A DNA stretch of 62,981 nucleotides, counting the filler, from Phoronis australis (lineage: Eukaryota > Animalia > Phoronida): NCBI GenBank assembly GCA_002633005.1. It is 6 parts of 6 records of this genome, joined end to end, with 100 filler letters (N's around TTAATTAATTAA, not from the genome) between each part and the next. Parts side by side here need not be neighbours in the genome. Positions count along the whole stretch, not along the records: positions 1 to 19,840 come from NMRA01000008.1; positions 19,941 to 29,020 come from NMRA01000293.1; 4 more parts are not named here. One strand, given 5' to 3'. Under the pieces are notes generated by a model. That model worked only from the letters and a program-made list of their open reading frames with translations. It ran no database searches and had not been told where the DNA came from. Shown here one piece after another: positions 13,122 to 26,422 of this stretch (the first letter of the stretch is position 1; each line of letters opens with the position of its first letter). The translations under genes were made by a program, and so were the position numbers.

Positions 13122-16100
13122 ATTGCAATAAAATCTCAAAAAATACAGATAGCGCTGTCAAAGTTACTAACTTCCAGGAATCAATTCTACCCATATATAA
13201 TCTCCAAAGAACGTTTTTGTCTGTAAAACTGATTGACTGTACCCCTTTAAATGTTATGCCGATTGCAACGCTGAGCTAGTCGCCGTACATACCCCGACTA
13301 CGAGTGGCTTCAGTGTCTGATTTAGAATTTTGGCCTTGAAGAAGATTCACTTTGAGTCATCTTTTCCATCTGTTTGAGTGCAACCGGAATTTGAAATTAG
13401 CTCGGCTTTATCACCGCTCTCACAGCTGAGTCGAGTGACACATTAGACATGGTACGAAAAGTCAAAACAAAATGAAACCAGACACCGTCGCGTGGACCTT
13501 GATCTCATAAAAGTCAGCGTTTCTTTGAAAACACTGCCGTCAACACCAAGCTGTTTCGCCATGGCGACTTGTAGGTGATGAGAAAAGGATATGCTACTCA
13601 GAAACATGGGATATCGCGCGTTATTTTTGTGATAACTGGTCATTTCAATATGTAATGTATTACTGGTTTTCTTAAAAACTTGTGAGATGGATTCACATAG
13701 ACTAGACATCACTGTTGCCCACTGGCCTCTTAAATGTAGTGAGGTTTATGTAAAACAATTCCGACAATATGTTTTAATGCACAATTCTGCAAATCATTGG
13801 ACTACCATTTCAAAAATGGTGCCCGGGTAGTATCTCTATTACAAATAATTGTCAAAAGTGCAGTGAACAGCCGCATAAAAATATCACAGCCCGCGCTGGT
13901 CATGACAAACACGTAGTTATGAAACTGGCCCGCATTTCGTAGACTCAAGAAACTTGCGAAAACCGTCGCAAGCCTACACAAGATTTCATATGATATCGCC
14001 ATGCAGTACAACCGAAGTACACGGTCACCCTTGCTGTTTTCACGAAAGTCTTAGCTCTAGTACGAAAGCAGTCAACATCTACAACCCAGCTGATAGCTAA
14101 AAAGTTCACGTGACCCAAATTCTTTATTCAAGATTCTGCATCTTTCCGCTTTTGTAGCTAACATGGGGTGATTAATTTGGGCTTCTTTGGTATCAAAAAA
14201 TAGAAAAGCGATCATACTCACCATTGCCGTAAGGGGTGACTCCAGCAATAGCGATGCAGGCCACAAGAACGGATAAAACCTTCATCATTACGCGGGCAAC
14301 TGTTCTCCAATTGACCTCAGAAAGTTGAACTGAACACGAATGACCCAATCAGCTGACTATGAGACATGGACTTGGGAATCGGACGCACCAACTTTGTGAC
14401 GACCCGTCTCGTCCTTGACACGCAAATTGATAAAGCATCAAATCTGTTTAGACTACTGGGTGTCTCTAAGAACATGCCGTTTAAAGGGATTAGTTTAATA
14501 ATAATGACTAAAATCAAGTGAAAATTACACTTAATATCTGAATTTTTTTTTAAATTGTAAAAAAATAGATTTAACAACAAAATGTTTCAACTTCAGGTAA
14601 AAAAATTCGAACCTCCTGCTTTTCACTGCACGGATACTTGAAAAGGATGAAATATTTCACTGCAGGTGGTTAATTAGATCAATCAATGAATATTTATTTA
14701 AAGCCTGATTTAAAAAAGACAGCAAACACAAGCCACGGACTTTACTACAAAATAACAACCAACAAACAAATAAACAAAACAAACAAGTAATAAGTGAAAA
14801 CTAATTATTTTATATACCAAAAAGAATTGAATATTTGGGTCCAGTCCCTTGGCAAATATGTGGGGCCAGTCCCTCGTCAGTGACTTGGAGACGTTTGGAT
14901 CGAAACACTTCGTTATGTCTGCTGAACGTCTATCCTATACGACAGGGCCCTTGTGCTGTTGTCACCACAGGGATTTTTTGTTATATCAAAGAACGGTCTC
15001 GTTTTACTGTTCACGTTGGTACAACTCCCCCCCCCCAAGTATCTAGTTGTACGCCGAATGCTGCCTATATTCGGATGGGTTACAGGCCTAAAGCAGCAAG
15101 CCGCAATTCCTCATCTCGTCTATTTATAAAGCTTATTTTAAAAATCTGAAACATTTAATAACGACTGACCAAATCTCTGCCTTTGCAAAATAAGATATTT
15201 TGATTTGTTGTTGCATTTTTCTGGAATACCCTGTAAGTAGGCATGTTTATGGCGCAAAGGCTGGAACATAAGTTTGGTGACCAGTCGAAAACACTGACAT
15301 AACCGATAATGATCGAAAAAACATGAGTTGTAGCACGTCTGTGACCAGCAAACACGCCAGTTCGTAAATAAAAGCAACGAATCAGATTCAAAATTTTCCA
15401 TAAAACTGAGATACCCGATTTCTACCAGACTAAAGCAGTTTGAGAGATAAGAGCCAAAAGAGATTTATGCCTGGAATGCCAGTAAGCCAGTCGTTATTAT
15501 TTCAGTTGCTTGAACATAGGGAAGTAGTCTAGTAAGGTGAATGGGTTGATATTTTTGGTGATAAAAACATTCCCTTTCAGCCACGGGCACAAAAATAACT
15601 CAATATGCAGCGTAGAAATGAGGAGGCTTCTCTTCCAATATGTGTCGCTGAACAACCAAAATCCCGATCGACTCAATACTTGGACAATCGAGAAGGCGAG
15701 ACAAAAACAGCACTTTCGACGCATCCGTCCCATACTAAAGTCGACGGGCCAAAATATCCACCAGAAAACTGAGACAGCACGTTCCCACCGCCTTAGAAAG
15801 AGTTGACATTTCGTGATAAACTAGAAAACCAGTCAATCATTTTTGTGTCATTTTCGTCTCTAACGTCGAATTCCGCCTCCTACTGAAATAATTGCCAGCT
15901 AAAATATATTGTTTCAGATTAGAGGTGTCGCCACTATTTACAATACCTGATTTTCCTTTCGGAAAGACAGTTGTCAGCAGCCTCAACTGGAGATAACCTA
16001 TTTTGAAGGGTAAGGTGACTTTACAGAACAATCCTACCCAAAGTCTAAAGTCTGGTCAAACTGATAATGCACACATTACATAAATCACGGTTGGCGTGAG

Positions 16101-17078
16101 CGGAGAGGGCCTAATACATACAGCGACCAAATGTCATGTGTGTGCGGTAGACTAATGCCAAGGCATTGCTAAGCGATCGCAACGCAGCGGGCATACAGGA
16201 TATCAGGAAGAGATACTTCCTGAGGATATGGATATGTTACGAGAACGCTCTTCTTTCGAAACTTATTTTTGGGGTTGCCCTTTGGCCCTCCTCTGCGCCA
16301 TCCCAGATCCGTCAATGCAGCCGTTGTCCAGTTTGTACTCTGGTTTCCAGGCACACGGATTACAGGCGTAAAAGAGTATATGATGAAAGTAAAATAGAGT
16401 TAAATATCCTTGTCTTCTTATTGACATTTTTTTCAAGACCTCCGAAGCGATTTCTTATTCTAACGTCCTCGTTTACAATTACAGAAGAAAAAATAGTCTC
16501 AGAACATATTCTTGAACATAAACTACAGTTACAATTGTGGAGGTGTGCTATCCTTTGGAAAGCAGTCTGATTATTTCTACCAAGATGTCGCCGGGATTCT
16601 CATGTAACGATATTGGTGGGTTTGAACTCTACATCTAACATGAGTATTTCGGAAATACTCCGTGAAGTTAAAACCAAGTGTCCGGCACAAAACGGGTGTG
16701 TTTCGTAGACATGAGAACCTCGCGAAAACGGATGATCACCCAAACCTTCGCTAGACATGGTAATACTAGCGTCCTTTGCGAGATTCTTATGTCTATGGAA
16801 TTCATAGGTCTGTTTGGTCTCACCCAGAAAATTTAATAGCCGTACATTACTGCGCTGTGTTTGTTCTAAGTGCGCGTGCAGCACGGAGGCATCCGTAGAT
16901 ATAAAGACTCTATATCTATTGAATCATCGTTTCTCCATACCTGGTACCTTCAACAAAAGCAAAATCTCGACCTCGGGTACCAGAGTAAGTCATAACACAA
17001 ATGTGCGTCACTTGTCCTCGATGATACCTCATGAAAACCGATGTCTGAACAAAACTTATCGATTTACTTGACGAAACG

Positions 17079-17349
17079 TCATGTTTCATTCTCCATTTTC
17101 TTTAGCTCCGTCAACAGCTCATCTAATGTAATTCTATCATTCCTCCACCTTCTGTAACACTTCGATGCCAACCTTTCAACTTTGCGGATAGATTTGTTCT
17201 TTTCCGTCACGGGGCCCCATTTGCAAATCTCGAGCAGTAACCTCCCGATACTATAGACGTCGCTAGCAGTGGTTGTGGCGGAACCATTCAGCACTTCAGG
17301 CGCGATATGTGTGTACGTTACTTGTTCCTCAATTGGAACAGGGCGAATC
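17079..17349 (-). pseudogene. Orphan terminal exon of a protein kinase (subdomains VIII-XI)
   Basis: TTTTACAG acceptor, then IRPVPIEEQVTYTHIAPEVLNGSATTTASDVYSIGRLLLEI...C...R...L*. APE and DVYSxG motifs are present; no intact HRD or DFG exons were found upstream. Confidence 0.7.
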
Positions 17350-19840
17350 CTGTAAAAGATCCATATGGAATGTGATCAGGTGATTTATTTATGCGTTAAA
17401 ATGAAAACATATGTTCCAATTATTTACAAAAAAGCAAATCCATTGCCATCCTGGCCGCACATTTTTGGTTCCGAAAATGCCAGGTTCCGAAAGTATGTAC
17501 ACCCGTACCTCGGGCTTGTATACGAAAATCTTCAGACCAAAGACAACTACTGACTTTCGCAATCCCTGTGTATAAACAATAAATTGTGAATTTTTCGGGG
17601 AAACTGACTCCTTTTGTTACATAGGGTTGCATTTCTTTTTATGGATTTTGAAAGTTACAATTTTACCCATGGAATAATATATTTAAAATCTTGGTGAGCA
17701 AACAAAAATATCGAACAGCAAAAGTGAATGGATCCCGTGGCCAACCCACTAATAGTATAGCATATGTTTTAACTCGCGAACCGTTATAGGTACTTCTGAA
17801 ATGAGCAAAAATACACCTTAATACGGATGCCCCATCTCCCATATTCCACCGGAAATTGCTTATAACATTCCGTTTTGATATAAACAAATTCGGTGGTTTC
17901 TGATTTATTTGTTTATGTATCTGATTCTACGAAAATCGATAGATTCATAGATGATTTTTGACAATTAAAAGCTAATCTTGTAAGAACTGATGATGTTTCA
18001 GTGAATTTAATTGCAGTCTGAAGTTGGAAAAACTCTATAATCCGATCCCCATATAGTAAAGTGCTCTTATAGACGATTTTTGCTTATCTAAAATAACTCT
18101 CAAAGACATTGATGAAATTCGGACTCACAAACCGTAGATAGAAAAAACATTTTAAAAATCCTTAAACACATAAAACTAAATTCATTGCTTGGAAAGTTGG
18201 CGTCTTTGCACTCCCTCGGTTTTTTAGTTTCCGGTAGTATTGAGCAATGAATTTCTGTTCTTCAAAACTGAATTGATTGCTTGTCCTGATTCGTGTGCAC
18301 GTCATGACTGACGTATCCACGTTAAAAATAAGATGTAACCATGCAGTAGGCCCGCGCAGATCTCAGTGATCGACAGGAACTGAATTTGAACTCCAGATGT
18401 TTAGGAAGTGTGTACATTTTTGGGACACAATATCCTTTTCCCCAGCCACCAGAAACTGGATTACCGGTCGTGTTTCAACTAGGCATTTTGAAACAGCCAC
18501 GAAGGCATTATACCAGGGACTTCCGGACCTCACCTTTTCAAAAAAATTCCTTCAAAGGATGATCATAATAATATAAAGTTTTCCCAAAACTGGATCACAA
18601 TAAAACGAATCTTGACCTTAGCGCGAGCGCAGACGCCGGGCCGGTACGAACTGCGTGTCTCAAGTGAATCACAGCTGAGCTGACCAGCAACTAGCTTTAA
18701 TTCACCGGGAATTTCATATTTTCACACTGTTGGATTTCAGCTGTAGCCGCTACTTGAGGCAGCTCTTCGCTAGCGGTCAGTGTACTGGTCCTAGGCCCAT
18801 TCTTACTCTCCGTGTTGGTTCTCAGTTACACAGCCTTTGATGGGCATTCCCGGGATTGTAACAGGGGCGGATACAGAATGGGGCTATTCGGAAAATCTAC
18901 AATAACTAGAGGGCGTGCGTGTACTAGTGGTGATAGATTAACAGCCTCGATTTCGCGAGCCCTTTAAATACATGGTGAAATGGCTTGCAGCCGTGCCAAC
19001 TGAATCCGAGATTGCGTAAAAAGGGTGCTTCTATGAGGGGAAGTAAGCACGACCTCATACAAAGGTAAGGTTTGTGATAATTTTAACGATTATTCCATGC
19101 TTATTCAACCGATGCCTGTTAACTGAGGCACTCGCCGATGTCGACTTCGCGGCAGTCAGTCGCCAGCCAGAGTCTCGTTAATCTTCGTATGTTTTGATAT
19201 GTGATTCGATACTGGACGTAGCAATCGGGATCTTTTCGTACATCAAAGCATTATTATTGTTTGTAATGATTTCTAAAAGTTTATCAGTGGCAGTTACATC
19301 AATCAATGCTGAATATTTATGCTGTCAACTCGATACAGGTTAAAGTTTGAGTTAAGATTACAATCCAATCCCAATGGCAAAGGGTACGTGAGTGATAAAT
19401 ATCCATTGCATTAGACTATTTGTTTACTCCCTATCATATGTCTTCTGGAAATCTATTACACGTTGAAATGGTAATCCATCACGTCAGTTTTCACGTAACG
19501 TTTGGTTTTTAGGTTTGAAGGCTTGTACCGTGCAGAGGAGATATGCATCGCTTCTGCACCGTCCCTGAATGGACAAAAATTGGTTTTTAGCATTTGACTG
19601 CAGCTAACCAACAAGATCTTCCCATCCAGTGCAGATCTGTTGTCAAAGCCTACTTTCAATATTGGAGACAACGAACAAAGCCTTTGAAAAGGAACAGCTA
19701 TTTTTAAAGTCATTTTGTTAAATTACTTATTCAGGTCCCGAGGGCGGATTGGCATGGGGGGGTTGTAATATTTGGTACAACTGAATGTGTGGAAATAACA
19801 GGTAATACATGTTTGGGGAAAAGAGCATGGTGAGGTAATT

Positions 19841-19940
19841 NNNNNNNNNNNNNNNNNNNNNNNNNNNNNNNNNNNNNNNNNNNNTTAATTAATTAANNNN
19901 NNNNNNNNNNNNNNNNNNNNNNNNNNNNNNNNNNNNNNNN
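19841..19940. other. Artificial contig spacer
   Basis: 44 N + TTAATTAATTAA (stops in all six frames) + 44 N. Confidence 0.97.
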
Positions 19941-20540
19941 TTCAGGCACAAAATGCAGAACGCTTGCTCCTATCTTTGCGAGTCTGTCTGCATTCTCATT
20001 GCCATCAATTCCCACATGGGCCCTGACCCAGCGTATATTGACGGTTCTTTCAATTGCAAGCTTGTTAAGCTCATTAATACAAGCATTAACACAACGAGAG
20101 TTGACCCTTAGTTTCTTTAGGGCTTTTATTGCTGCCTGGCTATCTGAAAAGATGATAATTGGCCGATTGCCAAGTTCAGTGTTATATTGTTGTGCCAATT
20201 GAGCAGCTCTATTAATTGCAGTGATCTCAGCCTGAAACACCGTGGCAAGATTGCCCAACGATACCCAGTTTTCTGCATCTGCAACAGGAAGGCTTGGAAA
20301 GTAGACCCCAGCACCTGTCTGGCCATTTTCCAGTTTAGAGCCGTCCGTATAACAAACCACCTCATTCTTGTGTTCTGCGGTAGGCCATCCATCGCCAATT
20401 TCCGTGAAGAAATTGTTTGTATGATTTAAAGTTGTGACCTGGACATCACTAGGCATGTTCCATAGTTGCCCAGTCTTGGCCATTAGCTTATTGCAAACAT
20501 TCCTGTGGCTTCTGTTTGCATGAACATTATTTGAATTAAT
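19941..20540 (-). mobile_element. Non-LTR retrotransposon RNase H domain (LOA/I-group-like), truncated by the gap
   Basis: YTDGSK...GAGVY...VFQAEITAI...FSDSQAAIKAL...WVRAHVGIDGNENADRLAK, with the D-E-D-H-D catalytic residues intact; antisense within an intron of the TPR gene. Confidence 0.9.
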
Positions 20541-20666
20541 TTGCCTGGCATCTATGTATATAGCTAATCTGTCTTGATGATCAAGTGTTTTTAATGAGAA
20601 AAGAAATGAAATTGCTGCGGGAAACCATGACAGATTGTTATCAACTAGACATAAAATCTATTACAG

Positions 20667-23600
20667 GAGGCAGAACAGTGTGACGCCAGTCTCAGAGTGG
20701 ATGTAATGTGTGAAGCAGTAAAGGCGTACTGTGCCACTTGGAATATAAAGGAGGCTGAGGACATTGTTATTGAGGCCATCAAGCAGGCTAAGTAAGTTAT
20801 GATCACCAAATTTGTTTATTATTTATTTATTTATTGTGATATTTAAAATGAGGGTGGCCTCTTCAGTGATAGCACTGCTTTCCAATAGGGCCCTAAAATA
20901 AAAGTCTTCAGCTTAGAGTGACTGTAATTGGTGAAGTCTGGAATACGTGAAGTGCATTAAAATGTCTGTCAACATTTCATGATACATTATGGTGGACAAT
21001 GGAAATTTTATGTTCATTTGTTCATAAAAATAATTAGTTCTATACCGTGGTTAACATTTGGTATTTTGTGAAATTGTGGTCCTTCACATCAAAGTGTTTG
21101 AAAAATGGAGAAAATCAGTTAGCAATTATGTTTGTCCGAAATAAGTGAGATTTTACCATAAAATACCATTTAGCATGACTCTAGCTGTTGAACTGTTTTG
21201 AACTCAGTAAAACAAGCTAAGCAATTTTAAATGAGTTAAAATAATGAAGGTGACAAACTGGAATGTGGATCAGTTTCAACTTTTCTTATGATTTGTGGCT
21301 GCCACGAAAAAACTGTTCCAACTATTTCAATCTTTTGATTACACAAAAATTAGAAAGGTATTGGAAAAAAGTTCTAGTACATCAGAAAATACTTGTGATG
21401 TCTGTAATGTATGCACTGCACAAAACATAAAAACATTTCAATGATATAGTTACATCATCTGTGACAATACTATATACAGCTTATTGACTGTGTTGAGTAG
21501 AAGACACATTACTAGAATGGCCAAGTTGCTAAGTAATGAATTTTTGACATTTGGTTTATGACTTACAACATGATGGTAATGGAATTTCCCCACATGTGTT
21601 CCTAGGTATATCGTTATATATAGAGGGTGTTAGTGGTAAAAAATAGCCTCAGTAATTGAAACTATGGAGTAACTTTCCGTTTCAGTTTAATGACTTAAAC
21701 AAAATTATAGTAAGCCTGTAATATCTTTTGTAGCCCTGGTGTGTGTCGTGTCGTAATTAACAATTTTCACTGTATTACAGGAAGTACTTTGGAACCAACC
21801 ACCCACTGTACCTGAAAGCTCTGCTTCATTACTGTCATTATTCTTCACTGTTCAGGAAGAATACGCTTGGAGTCAATGTTGCTATGGTAATAACCAAGAT
21901 CAAAATGTCGTAATATCTACAAGTATAACATTTCACATAATTGCTCAACACTACAGAATTTACATGGCATCAAAATTACCTTTAAAACTTGCTATTTATC
22001 TTACATCACCAGGTTGCATTTTCATTATTTTCTAAAGCCATGTTTCAGGAAAATCAGTTATTGCCAGTGCTATACATACTACTAGCTATACTGCTATACA
22101 TACTACTAGCTATACTGCTATACATACTACTAGCTATACTGCTATACATACTACTAGCTATACTGCTATACATACTACTAGCTATACTGCTATACATACT
22201 ACTAGCTATACTGCTATACATACTACTAGCTATACTGCTGTACATACTACTAGCTATACTGCTATACATACTACTAGCTATACTGCATACTACTAGCTAT
22301 ACTGCTATACATACTACTAGCTATACTGCTATACATACTACTAGCTTCTATCTCTGTTTCAATGTTGTCACACTCTAGTATCAATTGGTCATCTGTAGTT
22401 CATGATGAGATGTTGAAGCATTTAGACAAAAGTGCTGGAAATGTGTCAAATTTTAAAAAATAAAAATCTTCGGCCTAGTTGAAAAGTAAATGATGAAGAG
22501 TCAAGATTTTATTTTGTACATTTATTAAAAGTGGACTTAAAATTCAAAAATGGAAAGGGCGCATAGTGAGAACGCTTGACCGTTGTCTTAGTGGTCCCTC
22601 TTTGTGTTGATGTCATCATATGTGCACTTATTGTAGGGGGTTGTTTTCATTTCATACTCTTGCTAATAGTGTTACATTACATTGAGTAGTTCATGAGACT
22701 ATATTTTTGATTATTTTGCAGCATGCCTTAGATATCGCTCAGAAGTTGTATGGTATGACTGGAAAAGACCAGGATGTCGACCTGATTAACTCCACCCTTC
22801 CTCTGGCACATTCCCACCGTGAACTCGCCAAAGCAATTGGTCTGTGTAAGACAGGGGTCGTGAACCCTGACCTGGGGTTCAAGCATGCCAATCAAGCCTA
22901 CAGGATGGCACTTGATATTCTGCCCGGACTTCATCCTCAGTTGTCAAAGTTCAGGTATTCATTAGGTAAGTTAGTTATATGCACTGCCAGTGTTGGATAG
23001 CTGAATGCATATAATTGTGTGGAAGTCACTGAGTATTAGGCCTTCATATACTTAAAAATGTTAATATACTTCGGCAGTAGTGCCTCTCTCTGGTGTAGAG
23101 TTCGTTTAAAATGATACGACATTGATTGTTAGATAACTTCTTTCTGCATTTCTCATATTGTCTAAAAATACTCCTTGTGTGGATCGTATCTGTGCAGTAG
23201 CTCCCCGAGTGACACCGTTAAAAGAACAAATGATAGAAAAATTGTTTTAAAAATTATGTTAGACTGCAGTACTTTGAATGTGTACTACATTCGTTGAAGG
23301 CAAAAAATAAAATGAGACTTCAGTGAGTGGTGAGATATCATAGTAACGGTCCTCTGAATGATGTTCTTGAGGTACTGTTATAGGTCATAGAAATGCTGAA
23401 AGAAATTATCTAACAATCAATGTCAGGTCGCTCTTAAAAGTTCTGTGTATTGCCATAGCTCTTGTCAGCAACGGATGTACCCTCTGATTGGATATAGTTT
23501 CATTTCTTTTGTACTTTATGTAAATGATTTGTACATTGATTGTTATAAAAAGGATACTTTAAGCAGATTAAAAGAAATCTGATAGTGAGGTATATTGTGC

Positions 23601-26422
23601 TGTTCCCCCAGAACTAGCCAATCTTTGGTCAGATTGTGATACTCCCTTTCCAAGTCTGATTTTATTGTCTATAGATTCTTTTATAAATGACTTGATGAAT
23701 TTTTACAAAACTTGTCTTAAAGGCATATGGTGGGGCTTAGCTGGCATAACTGTGTTGTTAAATGGATTGGAGGAAGTGCTTGTCAGTTATTTCTAGGCAT
23801 TGTTCAATTATTGTAATTGTAAAATTACAATTAATTTGAAACATCAGTGTGGGTAGGTATGCACAGTTTGTGTTGTTTTTGTAGAAAACGTGATTTGTTT
23901 CAAATTGAAGAATCTTTACTTAATTAATCTTTGCATTCCCCCCTTACAGCCTGTTGTGTATTGTGGAAAGACAGTTCAATGACTGCAGAAACTAAAGAAG
24001 ACTTGGACTGGGCAAAGTCTAAAGTTAAAGAATCCTTGTCGGATGGCCGAGAAATGTACGGCAACTTGAGTCTGAAGGTAGCCAAGTTGCATTCACTCCT
24101 GGGACAAATCTATGTCAAGATGGAAAGGTGAGTGGTGTATGGTTTGAAGTAATAAACTTTACTAATAAGCAGCTGAAAATAACATCAGTAGAACTGTTAT
24201 GTAAGTCTTGAACTGGTGTGGAAATATAGATCACAAACATTTTTAAGCCTGGTCTGCACGCCACCTGTTGGCCACATCACTGCAAATGTGTGACCAACAG
24301 GTGGCTTGCAGACCAGACTTAAAAATGTTTGTGGCCAGTAGTACCATAAAACGAATAGATTCATTCGCAATATGTGTAATTGATGTAAGACTTACTGTGG
24401 GAGTTCCATGTGTTCACTGTGTTTCTACCAAATCACTTCTTGTGACAGTTTAGCCCTTTATATGTTTCATTATCCCATGGATCTACCAATGCAGGCCTTT
24501 GTAGGAATCCATTCATTGCAAACTGGGATATTGAGAAATTGAGAAATGTGTCATATTTATACTCATTTATGTGACGTAGTCAGTTGGTATGAATTGGTTT
24601 TTGTTTAGTTTTGTCGTTTAGTTGACCAAGTCCATTGTGCTTAGAATTAAGACATTTGCGCACTTTTATTCTTATCTTATTCTTGAATCTGCAGTATGGA
24701 TTCATTTGAGAAATTGTCATCAAAATACTTGTAATTTGTTGTGATCTATTTTGTTGACAACACTATGATGTGAAAATGGCCCAAGGAACCTCTTTTGCGT
24801 TATGGGCAGTCAGAGGGCGCTGTTGTAGCTCTAAATCCAGACCAATGCTATACTCCCCTGCACAGGGTTATTAAATGTCTCAGTTCAGTAGTTCGATGAT
24901 TGATATATTTGTTCTGATATGTTTGCCAGATTTGAAGATGCTGAGATGGAATTAAACACAAGTCTGGAGATCCTAAAGAACTGTATGCCTCACGACAGTA
25001 GTCACATCTTTGTTGCACAAGGTGCACTTGCTACCCTGTACATGTGCACCAGTCGACCCACGGAGGCTATACAACTGTTCACTGAAGTTGTTGAGAATTC
25101 TGGTAAGTCAAAGGTGATTCATTGAAGACTTGGTGGATTTGCAAAGTAAATGAAAATCCAGTAACTATTTTAATGCCTGGGTACACCAGAAATTTTGCTC
25201 TTGCCTAAGAAATGATCATTTTGAAAGTTGTCTTCTCTAGGCTAGGAAGTACATGACTGGCAATGATTTTCAAACTGGTCTGACTGCTGTGATGCCCTCT
25301 ATTTAGTGGCATTTTTTGCTTGTAGCTCGATATCTCTTCACGGTCTTTGACTTATCTTCATGAAGTTGTATGTGTTCTATTGGAGAGAATACAATTCATT
25401 TGTAGTTTGGTTCAAATCTAACTACTGCAGAGTCCCTTGTGACAATTTTGTTTTTCTTTGCATTTGTCTTAATGAATGTTCGTGAAATTTGGCAAATAAG
25501 TTACTATCACATAGACGACAGCACAAGCCCTGTTTCAAACGGATTTCTTATATCTTGGTGCACCCCCTAGTGGCCTTTTTATGTCTGTTCTTTGTTGGCT
25601 GCCTCCTCATGCTCCATACTGCATGAAGAATCGTGATGTAAGGTGACTGGTGTGTTCCTAGAGAAGATTATTACTGACTAACTTTTCATCTCATGCAGTC
25701 TATTTTAAGTTTACTAGCATTACCTGGTTTAGGGGTTTGTTAGAAATATTGATCACCCTTTTGTATGGGCAGTATGCTATGCCCACCGTGGGCACATATC
25801 AAAGGTCTGTGTTGCTCATATTTTGCAAATTGTTAATGTGTTGCAGATACCAAAGGTGTGTATGTTGAGTGGGTCGATTCTTCATATTCTTCTCTTGTGT
25901 CACTGCTCAATGCCACTAACGAGGTTCAGTTGGCAGAGTACTACAAAGCAAAACATGAGGTAAGTGACATCTGTTGAGTGATTCTGCTGTTGGATTTACG
26001 CAGTAAAATTGCACCAAATCCACATAAAAATATTTGTGAAAGCTTCTCACCTTGTTGTTATTCTCCACTGTTTCTCAAAACATTCTCTGGAGGTGTTGAT
26101 GGAATGAACTTAAAAAGCAACAAACCATTTATTTGGCGCTATTGATCTGTATGAAAACTCTAAACTATCATATTTCATTTATCCACTATATTTATTATTT
26201 GAAGTGATTTGTGAAGATTTTAAGGAAATGCAATAAAGGCCATTTTTATTTTTCTTGCAGGATTGGCTGAATGAGAACAAGAAGCTTCCTGATGCCGATT
26301 TCTGGACTAGACTTGAAGAGCCACCTATGGGATATGATGCTTTCCTGAGCCAACTTCATCTTTTGACAAAAAGACAAAGATCCAGTTCTTCTGGCTTTTA
26401 CCTGGCTGACATAGAAGGATAA
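20667..26422 (+). CDS. Divergent APPBP2-like TPR protein, 3' part (exons 20667-20791, 21781-21886, 22722-22965, 23950-24127, 24930-25102, 25847-25959, 26261-26422)
   Basis: Seven phase-consistent GT-AG exons ending ...FYLADIEG*, with AATAAA at ~26568. Motifs VDVMCEAVKA, KYFGTNHPLYLKALLHY, ALDIAQKLYG, ILPGLHPQL, YGNLSLKVAKLHSLLGQIY and GALATLY are collinear with APPBP2 as recalled (VDVLRQASKA, HFGSKHPKYSDTLLDY, ALDIRQSVFG, ILPEDHLLL, FGEFNVQTAKHYGNLGRLY, GHLASLY). Confidence 0.85.
22069..22346. repeat. 24-bp intronic minisatellite (~11.5 units)
   Basis: Unit GCTATACATACTACTAGCTATACT; explains the spurious LLAILLYI / MYSSIASS ORFs. Confidence 0.95.
23118..23424. mobile_element. Intronic foldback/MITE relic
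   Basis: GACATTGATTGTTAGATAACTTCTTTCTGCATTTCT is inverted at 23389-23424. Confidence 0.7.

Noticed and set aside
19885-19896. Recurrent TTAATTAATTAA motif within N runs
   Set aside because: Identical six-frame-stop linker in all five gaps; an artefact of concatenation.
21989-22378. Hydrophobic repeat ORF (LLAILLYI)n and its antisense counterpart
   Set aside because: Translation of a 24-bp intronic minisatellite.
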